Part shown: positions 12,101 to 24,100 of the stretch, piece by piece
How the letters are laid out: every line of letters starts with the position of its first letter
Numbering within the stretch: position 1 is the first letter of the stretch
Assembly (NCBI GenBank): GCA_965285935.1
Contig: OZ260665.1
Location: 27,714,001-27,778,000 of the forward strand
DNA: 64,000 nt
From: Ophelia neglecta
Taxonomy: Eukaryota
Reading direction: 5' to 3'
The notes under the pieces: generated by a model
The model's input: only the letters and a program-made list of their open reading frames with translations
What the model was told of the DNA's origin: nothing
Database searches by the model: none
Program-made: the position numbers and the translations under genes

Positions 12101-15100
12101 CTGGCTGCATCAGACTGGTGTCCAGGCTGGGGAACTGAGATTAAAATGGTAAAATTTGCAACAGTTGCTGGCCCCACTACGATATGATTATGGCTATGCG
12201 TGATATTGCATGAACTCTGGTGCGCTTTGCTGATTTAATAAAATGCTAGACGCATGTTTTTATTATATGAATCAAGTTATGCAAGTGTGTATGCCTATCA
12301 TTGTTTCTGATACAGATATTCTAGATGTCTATAACTCTTGTGTTGTATATAATTTGTATAGCTAAGCACAATCCAAGGCTGTGCCTTAAACATATTAAAC
12401 AAGTACACGGATACCCATCATAAATATACAGTAAAAAACCTGTGAATTGAGACCAGCCAAGGGACTGTAAAATGTTGGTCTTATTATAGAGGTGGTCTCT
12501 TTAGACAGGTTGTTTTACATTGAAAGTGCACAGTAGGGTCTTCATATTAGTGGTCTGAATATAAAGATGGTCTGAATATACAGGTGTTCTTTAAGGTAGG
12601 TTTCACTGTATATGTTATCTATCAATAATCTGAGCCTGTTTCCTTTACTCCTGTCAGGCCTATGCATACCTTAGTGATACTGAACTGGACAACTCCCCTG
12701 GCATTATCATTCTCAGTTATGGTCACCACGGCTATGTCTCCAGGACGACGCACACTTGGTGCTGACCCCTGCTGGATGCCGGACACACCGATCAACTGAA
12801 CGGAGGTGATATTCACCCAAAATATCTCTGTCACTTCTGGGGCAGAGTCCTTCAAACGCAAGTGGGAAAAATAAATGAAGAACCGTTATCAACCTGTACA
12901 TAAACTCTTTGACTGAATGATTTTTTAAAAACCTCTATTCAATAAATACAACAAACATGGTATACCACCTCTAATTTTTAAGTTTTAATTCAAAAAGGTT
13001 AAGCTATCTGCTAAATCAGGACTAAACCATTTCTCATCAGTAGTACAGATGCCATTGTTGTTTTGGCTTTGATTTCTTCCAGCCTCAGGGTTATAACAGC
13101 ATGTTGTGTTTACCGTTAGTATGGTGATTTCTACGGGGATCCTGGTGACATTCTCCCTCATGTCCACCGTGGCCTGCTGAGCCACGTAGTCCTCTCCAGA
13201 GACCGCCTGCTCCTTGGTGGCTACAGTCACCGCTCGTAGGGTCCTGCTCAAGGTAACCAACTAATACATGTACTGCCGGTAGTTACAAACACAGTGCTTT
13301 TGAAAAGTGCACACTATTGCATGGAATGTGTAAGATCATTGAAAAGGGCAAGAATGTTTGGTCAAATGATATATATGTGAGTGCTAGCCATTATCATCAC
13401 TGTCACTGGCTCTGACAGTTTGACATCTGCATCAAGGAAAAGCTTGTTAAGCTAGGGCAGAAATTACAATACTTAACATGATATATGTCTGTCCAATTGT
13501 TAAGTCATTAAGGACTCAATGCCAAAAAGTTTGCCTCAGTAGCTGGCAGTTGTATGCCTGACAAGACCTTACTTGTATAAGACACTATAAGGCTTGATGT
13601 GTACCATCTTTTACAAACTAAAGGTCACTTCTCATACTATGATGACATCGTTGTTCTTTTGCAATAAATGAGGTTAAATTGAAATGTCAATGCTTAGCAA
13701 ATATGTAACATTTCATAGCGTCAAATGTTTGGAAATAAAGTCTGGCCAGACACTCCTAACAAAAAAACTGAGTAGATGGTACTGAGATGTTGATGACTGG
13801 GATGCCTGCTTACATGTATGTGACCCTAATGTGACCCAGAGACCCCTGCCTCCTGGTCAGGTGTAACAAGACGGTGGAGTCTCCCCCCTCAGGCTCGGCT
13901 ACCAGGTAGGTGGCCTTCTCCCACAGCACCACTCCATAGGGGGAGTCATTGGCCAGCACTGTCAGTCTGCATACATTGTTAGCACCTGGAAGCATGAAAA
14001 GACATAAATTATAAATAGATTATTTTATTACTTAATACTCATCTATCCACTCATATTAAATTACACATCTATCTACCCTGTCTGATCCCCCCCCCCCCCC
14101 CCCCACCACACACACACACTTAGCCAATGCAGCAAGGCTGACTGGCTGTATAACATGCCACACATCCGCCACCCCCCCACCCCCCCCACCCCCCGTCTGA
14201 ATGCACTCGTACCCCCTTATCCATTGTTACACGAAAAAACTAACCATCTGCCCCACCCCCTTCCTCTCAACTTTTGTCTGTCTTGCATCCTCCCCCTGAA
14301 CCAATGTTGAAGGACAAATATCCCAAACCCCCCCACCTCACAACCACCCTCATATGACTGTACACTGGTCCCTATGATGTAGGGACACCTCTACATCCAA
14401 ACAAAAGTGTCCCAACATAGCAGGTGTCCCTTCATCAGAGGGACATTAATATAGGAAAGATAGGACATGAGCATTGAAAAAAGGTCCTGTGGTTGGAGGG
14501 AGTCCCTTCATCAGAGGGTCCCTTCATCGCAGGGACCACTGTGCCTTACCTATTTTGGCGCCCCTGTTGGGGAGTGAGGTGCCTTTCTCTACGACCTCGG
14601 TCAGTGTTAGGTAGGAGAGCTCATCCATCTCCGACAGGTTGTCATCTCTGATAGTGATTGTGATGGTCGCTGCTGCCTGGTCATTGGCAAACTCAACCTA
14701 GGGACAAAATGCAGTAACAAAAGTCATTAACATTGTGGAAGACTGGTCATAACTCGTCCTACAGTAAAGGCCAATCCTAAGACACTTCCTGCACCAATTA
14801 ATGGCTAAATCTGGAATCTTCAACATTTCCAGTGGAGAACATTTCGTGCATTACACTATAGTATATTGCTTTACTGCAACATTTAAGTGTCTTCTTATGT
14901 TATTTAAGTAGAAAATGCCTGTTAACCCGCAATCCGAGGCAGGCCCCTAGGTCTCACAAAGCACTGGCATTCTTATAATACTAAGTTTATGGACATCAAA
15001 GATCTCAGTCTCTCATGGGTATGAAGGCAATGACGTAACATATGTCAATTTAAATCTTTTTTTACAACTGTACTCTCTGTACAGTTTTCAAACAAAGAAT

Positions 15101-18100
15101 TGGTGAAAACAAGGGTGGCATTTAAGTGATTGGGACAAATTACACCTGGGACATAGAGTAGTTTTAAAACTAAACTGAGTTGTGGCTTAGCCTAAATCAA
15201 ATAGCTACTGGTACCATATAATGTAAGTAGTTATATGAAAAAAATGTCCAGTGCTAGAGCATACCTTTCCCTCCACAGGGAATATGTCCAGAGCCCCCTG
15301 GTGGGCTCCCGAGGCAGTCCACCTCACCACCACCCTACCACTGGAGCCCCTCCGACGGACCACGTTGATCTGAACCAGGTTATCTGCTCCAGGAGTCTCC
15401 TCCTCTCTACGCTCCAATGAATCCTGAAATACAATGGTATATACAACCATCTGACCTCCCGAGATATGTAGGCCTTAGTCCTCTGTTAAACACCTCTGGA
15501 CTACCTTCATCAAATTCAAAATGTCACCATTTTAGTTACTTGTAACTTTAGATGTCCAAGTTAAGGTATATATCACTATTAAATTGTGACTATGAACTCG
15601 TTATTTAATAGTTTTCCTTATAAAACCCCAAACCAATTTTCTCAGTCGCTTCCTTTCCCTAAATCATGCGAATATGACAGGATCCTTTTCAGACAATATC
15701 TAAACAACATACATCGGCAAATTCTACAATGCCGTGTCCATCATCATTTGACAGGATGTGGACTGAGACTTCATGACGTGGCCCTAGCTCCGCCCCTTGT
15801 CTGGGATTGGTCAGTTCTACAAAGAACGTCTCCGTGTCCTCGGCATTGAGATCATCCAGGATTGTCACAGAAGTGGTCAGCTCTGTCTGACCCGGAACAA
15901 AGGTCAAGGTCACCGATCTGTGTAGAGTAGAACAAAAATTAAACCAAGAAGAGAATAAATTTAGAATATTTGAATAGATAATTCCTTGCTTCATATACAT
16001 TTAAGTCTCTGGGGCACATGCCTATACACCTATATAATTCACAGTTTTTTTTACTAAAACATATTAGATTTGTAGCATGATAGTCAATTTTCATGATTAT
16101 AATATTGGGCTACCTTGGAATGTAGTCGCTGTCTCCTAGCAAATTGACCTCTCGGACGCTAAACTGTAGCACTCCAGACGAGTTGTATAAGGGTGCAGTC
16201 ACCATGGCAACGTGGTGACCAGCTGACTGTTCCACTTCCAGGGGATGCATGTCCATAGCCTGCGACCCCTGCCAGGTCATGTTGAACTGACCCATGGACT
16301 CATCCCAGGCGTACACAGCACTGGGGGAGCTTTTGGAGGCTATCACCAGGTAGGCTGACCAATAGGAAACAGTAACTCTTATATGGACCAATAGGAAACA
16401 GTACCTCATATATGGACCAATAGGAAACAGTAACTCATATATGGACCAATAGGAAACAGTAACTCATATATGGACTGGCAATTCAATTATAATAAGGAGC
16501 TTCAGCATTAACTTATATGTTATAATAGATGCACTATTGGAAACATTTATGACAAACTGCCTAAAATCTGTTCTTGTTATAAGCATTGATAGGCTGATAT
16601 CAAATATTCCTTTACCTACTGAAGCCTAATGTACAGGTAATGCATGTTGCTATTATAGGTGTTCTCCAAAGGATGTGAGACAGGTTTGGAGGATTTTGTT
16701 TGTTTTTCTTTTAGATTAGGTTATTTTTGGCCTTTCTTTGTAACTTACCCACACTGTTGTCCACGCTGAAGACACCTACATGTTCTATGACATACCCACA
16801 CCGTTGTCCATGTTGAAGACCATCATGTTCTATGACTTACCCACACCGTTGTCCACGTTGTCAACCCCCCATGTTCTATGACTTACCCACACCGTTGTCC
16901 ACGTTGTCAACCCCCCATGTTCTATGACTTACCCACACCGTTGTCAACGTTGTAGACCCCCCATGTTCTATGACTTACCCACACCGTTGTCAACGTTGTA
17001 GACCCCCATGTTCTATGACTTACCCATGCCGTTGTCCATGTTGAAGACTCCCACATGCTCTATACCATTGCCCCTGATCTTCTGGATGGAGGTCCACAAC
17101 TGGGTTAGACTGTTCCAGCTGTATATCTAGCATATCAATACAAACAAAAGAAATACTTTAAGACTAGAGCTTTGAAATGTGAATAAATGTATCTCTGGTA
17201 TGGGTATGTTTATATGTGGTTAACAGTACAAAACAGTTTCAAAACATGTCAATTTCCATTTTATTTTCATTAAGTTGGCCAGATGAAGTTTATTTTTATT
17301 AGCTGAGAGTAGATAAGTCGGGAGACTTACATTAAGATCCTGTTGGGTGTTTCCGATGTTGTCCTGACCGTTGGCTATCACCAGATACGAGTCAGTACGG
17401 GTCTTAAAGAACGTGAGATCCACTGCGCCGTGGGTGTCCACTTGCTGGTGAATGGTTAAATGGTCATCAGAGTCCAACTTGTAGATTATAGACCTGGAAA
17501 TGTATCAAGAAGTGTATAGGAAAAAAACTGGATACCCTACCAATGATATCCCACAGAAGATGAGATCTTGATTCTGAGGTATATTTACATAATTTATATT
17601 TAACTGGTCTCATTCTCAATTCCAAGCCATGTTAATGGGAGATGAAAAACTTGCAATGGTTTTTTTGACCAAGTAGTGGGATATGTTGTAGTGCATTTTT
17701 TACCTCTGACTTTAAGACTATCAATAGTGTCAAAAGGTATCTTCAAAGTACCTGTCCACAACAAAATTTCCAGTGATATCATTCTGACAGTTTGACCTTA
17801 AAACCAGAACTCACTTTCTTACCTCAATACCAGTACTTACTTGAGCTCATATGCGATGCTTTCTGACCTCAATACCAGTACTTACTTGAGTTCATATGCC
17901 CTGCTCTCTGAGTCAAAATGGTTGGCAATGGCAACAAAGATGATGCCATCCACTTCCAGGCTGTCCACTGCAATGGCTCCCTTGGTTGCTAGGAACTGGA
18001 TTGGTAGAGAGCCAAACTTGTTGTTTGTGGCCTCCCATTGGTAGACGTATGACATGACCCCAGTTTGACCTTGGTTGTTCTGGTAGTTAGCAATCACCAG

Positions 18101-21100
18101 GAAAGTTTTATCACCCTTTTTGAAAAATGCTCCGTCTGTAGCCCCTATAGTGTTGAGATCCTGGACCTGGTAGATAGACAGACCATCATTACTTGATTAT
18201 CTCTACAATAGTTCTGCAGAAAAAATACCATTTTGTCAGTTTTGTGGCAATCATGAAAATTGTGAAACTGAATCAATTACAAACTGACATAGTAAATTAG
18301 TGTTATAAAATAACTAAAAACTAGGCCAATGCTGTCGGGGGGCCGACAGCAAGGGGTATATCCGCGAATGCGTGCAATAATCAAATGGGAAACATGGCAT
18401 AAGGGGAGGTAGTGAATATGGTAGCTTTTAGTTGGCACAAAAGATAACGACCTTAACTAAATTTTGTTCAGGTCATTAATAAAGTTAAACTAGTTAACTT
18501 ATTACACAGTACTAGTTAACTTATTACACAGATTGTAGTAGGTTCTATTTGACCTCAATAACAATGCAGGTCATTCTTAAAGTTGGTGTCATATGACCTC
18601 AATAATAATGCAAAACGACCCTAACTAATTTTTTTTCAGGTCATTAATAAAGTGAACTTATTTGTAGGTTCCATAAGATCTCAATAATAATGCAAAACGA
18701 CCTTAACTAAATTTTTTTCAGGTCATTAATAAAGTTAACTAGTTAACTTATTACACACATTGTAGTAGGTTCCATATGACCTCAATAATAATGAAAAACT
18801 GCCTTAACAATTTTTTTTCAGGTCATTAATAAAGTTAACTAGTTAACTTATTACAAATTACTAGTTAACTTGTTACACAGATTGTAATAGCTCCTATATA
18901 ACCTCAATAATAAGGCAGGCCATTAATAAAGTTGGTTCCATATGACCTCAGGAATAATGCAAAACCACCTAAACTAATTTTTTTTCAGGTCATTAATAAA
19001 GTTAACTAGTTAATTTATTACACAGATTGTATATACAAAGTCCACCTCTATAATCAGACCACCTGCCTATTCAAACCACTTTTATAAGAACCATGATGTA
19101 TACTTTCAATGTTAAATAACCTGTCTAAACAGACCACCTCCGAAATCAGACCAGTATTTCCCAGTCCCTTCGGTGGTCTTAATTCACAGGTTTCACTGTA
19201 GTAATTACATGAATCATGACACAAAACTTCAAGCCAATATCATCTATAGTTTGGAATATATGATAGAAAATGTGTTTTTGAAATAATTAATTAATTATTT
19301 TGACTAATTAATAATTATCAGAAATTCACCAGAATAATTACAGGTCTTCCTCTCAATAAGGTCTATGGCTGTGTCAAATTAGAAAAAGATGTATCAAATA
19401 TTTTTTGTGTTATTGCAGAAAAAGTGTTTCTGACGTAATTAATTAATTGTTTTAACTAATTAATAATTATTGGATTTTCACCAGAATCTAATCAGTTCCT
19501 CCTCTCAATAAGGTCTATGGCTGTGTTGAATTTGAAAAAGATGTACGTAATGGTTTTTGAGTTATCGCGTTAACGACTAAAATCTGCGGCGGCGGCGCTA
19601 CTGAAAACATAATATCCGCATTTCGCGGATATAATAAAGTAAATAACTTGTTTCAATAGAAAACATCAAACATAAAGTTTTGCTTGTTTTTTGTGAAAGT
19701 TCGGACTAGTGCACAGCCATTTGGGCTAGTAATGGACCAACTTCACATGCCGGAATAAACAAGTAGCTTGGAAAGTTTTTGCCAAAGACTGCCAAGTCTT
19801 ATTTTAGATAAAATATGGTAGTCTGGCAATCTTACCACAGTGAGAGGCCCATTCTCCTGTACCAGGTAGAGTCTGGACTTGGTAGCATGGCGGTTGTAGG
19901 AGCCGTGGTTGGCTATTATCAGGTAAGTCTGACTGCCTATTGTCATACTGGCAGCCCCCTTGGCACCATCTGTCTCTATGGTCTGGGTTAGAAATCACAT
20001 CATTGGTAACTTTTATTATGGACTACCTTTAAAGGCTTTTAGTCATCAAAGTTCTTAAAATATCTAGTTTACTTAACTGAGCAGAATGACTTATTAAACA
20101 TTGCACAATAAATACCTTATTATTTGCACAAAAAATTAAACTCAAATATGTTGAATGGACAATAATGCAAGAACACATAGTATAATATTAAATAATTCTG
20201 TTTAATATTTTGATGTTGGTATATGAATACAAAAAATAATATTTCAGTCATTAGTATATTGGACGACTTGAGTTAAGAATGGTGCTGCCACTACCTGGAC
20301 TTGTACCAGTGATCCCTGCCACCTATAGAGTATGGAGGGGTTGATAACACCAGTGGTTGATACTGAGGCCCCGTCGCTACCCACTGTGGTTACCATTGGA
20401 CCCACCACCCTGTCATTAAGTAGTATGGCATAGCTAAGCCCGTGGGCTGAGAACCCCTGCCACCTACTGACTTCTAGATTACCAATCTGCAAGACAAATA
20501 AAACAAAACTCATATTAGCATAATGAAACAATATGATAATAGATAATTATTCTAATTTCTTTTTAATTTAAATATTACTGATTTTATTGCACAAATAATT
20601 TATTGACAGGTAAAACAGTTGATTACAATATCAAAAATAGCCCTGGAGTAACTTACTCACTGTTGGATAGTATATTGATCTGGTATTCATTGAAAATGAG
20701 AAGAATTTACTTAATAAATTTACCCTGCTATGGCCAATTTCACCAATTTGGTGACACTTACCTGTTGCACAGTCGACAGGGTGAACCGATTCCCTGGGAT
20801 GGCCTTTGCTGTGCCATCACTGGTTACCATGTCAACCGAGATCCGGTCCATTGAACCCTGTGACCTTGTGACTGTAAAGTAGATAGTCCCCGCTGTCTCT
20901 TCAACATTAATAGATGTGTCACTGAAATTAAATATCACATTGTTATTGAACATCCTGAGTTTGATGTTTTGTTACGATAGAAATCCACCAGACAGATTAT
21001 GTACCTTGATCCTGCAGGCAGTATTTCCAGCATGCCATAGGGAGCGTCATTTCTCTCTATGATAACGTAGAGGGAGTTAGCCGGTCCCAGATCAGCACCG

Positions 21101-24100
21101 CCCTCTGGTGCCTGAAGTGACACCAGGTAGGCCTCGGCTTCCTCTGGCTCGTCATCAGGGACGGCCGTGAGCTCCAGCATGGTGGACCCCTGGAAGAAGG
21201 AAATCAATAATGTAAACAGAATCTCAAGAGAGATACTTGACAATGTCTTTACAAGGCATACAATACAAGGTTGTACTCCTGGTCAGTGAATAATGATTTC
21301 ATGTTAATACAACTTTCATTGTTGTTTTTTGTTGTATCATTTCATTGTATCATTAAATATCAAGTTATGAAAGCAGTTGAAAAGAACAAAGATAAACACA
21401 CCTATTCTAAATTACAAGCTCCTATATGAATTTACAAAAGTCTTTTGACATCAAAAGAAAACAATTCAGATTATATAGTTTGTCAGAGGCAGATACTTTT
21501 AATAATCTAATAAGTTGCTTATACTATAAACTGTTTGAGGCTATAGGTAAACTAACCTCTCTATCCTGGAAGGTAACATAGCCTGTTGAGGGTATCAGGT
21601 CTGTCACCAGCTCCCCCGGCCTCCCTCCCACCCTCTCCACCCTGAATGGTACATTAACCACTCCAAATATTCCAGGGGCCCTCACCAGCCTCAGCCTGGC
21701 CACACTGTTAGTGGAGGCCGAATTGTCTGCTGGCTCGTTTATAGTAACATTGGCTACAGAATCAAAGTTGACCACTCCACTGGCCAAGTCACTGGCCAAA
21801 ATGGTGATTGTCACTGAAACAGTATTATTATATCATCAAATCAGACATCCTTCATCAAAAAAAAATCTCACAGGGATTTGCCACCCTAGACTACTATCGG
21901 ATGCTGTAGAAGGAGATGTTAACCTTTTCCAGGGGTTCCAACGGTCAGACCGTTTTTGGGGCTGGCCAGTATGATGTCAAAGCTCTCATCAGGCTCAGGC
22001 ACGCTGTCCTCCAGGATGGCTATCACCACCGTCTGCTCAGCCACGCCAGGTCCAAAGTGGATGTCCTGATAAACAGATCATGTACTGCTAGCTTAGCATT
22101 AAAAAAATACTGTCCAAATGGTTGTAGAATACTATGGCATTAAGTTGATCAAGTCTTCAAGTCTATAATAGCAATGATAATTCCACTAATATAGTATTTA
22201 TCGTAGCACTGGACTTAAAACATAAGAGAGGGTAAGCTTGAAAATGCCAAGGTTGATGAGTTCTCAACCTTGACAAAGTTTATTTACAGCACCATAAAAA
22301 CACACAATATATATACCCAACTTATCTTAGCATAGGATTACATCAGGGTCTCTATAGATAGTTTATACAAGTCTGTGTGGGTAAAATGGGCCTAAGCCCA
22401 GCACCGATAAAATCATTTATAGCATTACAATCATAAATGGTTATTTATCGTAGCACTGGACTTAAAACATAAGAGAGGGTAAGCTTGAAAAGGCCAAGGT
22501 TGATGAGTTCTCAACCTTGACAAAGTTTATTTACAGCACCATAAAAACACACAATATATATACACAATTTATCTGAGCATAGGATTACATCAGGGTCTCT
22601 ATAGATAGTTTATACAAGTCTGTGTGGGTAAAATGGGCTCCAGCACGCAGTGCTTGCCTATTTCTGATAATTGGCTTATTTCAATCAACAAACACTAGTG
22701 ATTTTTACACTATGTTCTGGAGAAAAAATCATCTGCAACAACACATGCAGCAGTTTCTTATGCATGCAAATAACACATTTTCCCTACCCTGGGGTCAAAG
22801 TTGAAATCCTCCCCTCTGGTGGCTCCCTCTCGTGAGCTCTGGGCAAAGCAGAAGACGGAGACCTCTCCAAACGTTCCCTTGTCTCTTCTCACAGTTAGAC
22901 TTATGTTACGGTTAAACTCCTGGGCATCAAGGCTGCAGGTAACCATTATTTATTTTAGGAATGAAGATTTATTTGGTTCTAATAAATCATAATTGTATTC
23001 ATAATTACAATGACACTGACTTTCTCATTCTTATACATAATGACAAAGTTCACTGTAACTGCAATTTAATACTGAATGTTTGTTCAATGTATTTGTATAA
23101 TAAAAGTTCTACACAGAGTTCACTTCAAAATTCAAAAGAAATTGGTTCTCAATTGAAAGCAAGCCTATCTTATAGTCAGGAAAATGGAGAATCCAATGCA
23201 ATACGACAGATATATATTTAATAGGGATAAGTTACACACTAGGAGCCCTGTGCCATACATACGCTGCAGTAGTGAACATGACTTCTCCCTGAGTGCCATC
23301 ATTGGCGTTTATTATAACTTCAGCCACAGTGCCCATTGTCGCTGTAACGGGATAGATATAAACATACATGATGGTACACTGTTTACCTCATCCAACACAG
23401 AAAGCCTGAAGGTACATCCTTACTGACCAGGTTGTACACTGGTGTAGACTCAACAAATGTAATTTCCCAGGAAATATAATAGTGGTCTGATATAACAGGT
23501 GGTCTGAATATAGAGGTGGTCTTTATGGCAGGTTTCACTGTATATAATCCAGTCACACACTTCACCAGATCTTCCTGCGGACAGGATCATTCTCAGCTTA
23601 GAAATCAGTATGGTACAGAGGTCCCTGCGATGTAGGGCCACCCCTATATCCAAGGAAAAGTGGCCCTACATTGCAGGTGGCCCTTTATTGGAGGTACTTT
23701 AACATGGATAGGAAATGGGCATTCAAAAACTTTACTGCCAATGCATGTGGCCCTTCATCAGAGGGGCCCTACATCGCAGGGACCACTGTATATGGTTTAG
23801 GCCAGGAGGACCACCACACACAGCTGTGTAGATTGAGATGCATACATTCACTTGTGACATTTATAATAATGTAACTCACCCAGCCTTGGTCGGAAGGTGC
23901 TGTTTTTAGGTTCTATCAGATCTACTCGGGTCAGATTAACCAGGAAAATTTCATCCACTTCAGGGATGTCGTCCTCCATCAGACCCACCTGATACAGTAA
24001 AGGAGGTATATGTAAAATAACCAGACATAATCATATCCATAATGCTTGTATACATGTACATATATTGTGCACTGACAGACATAATCTTAAAGAATTAGCT

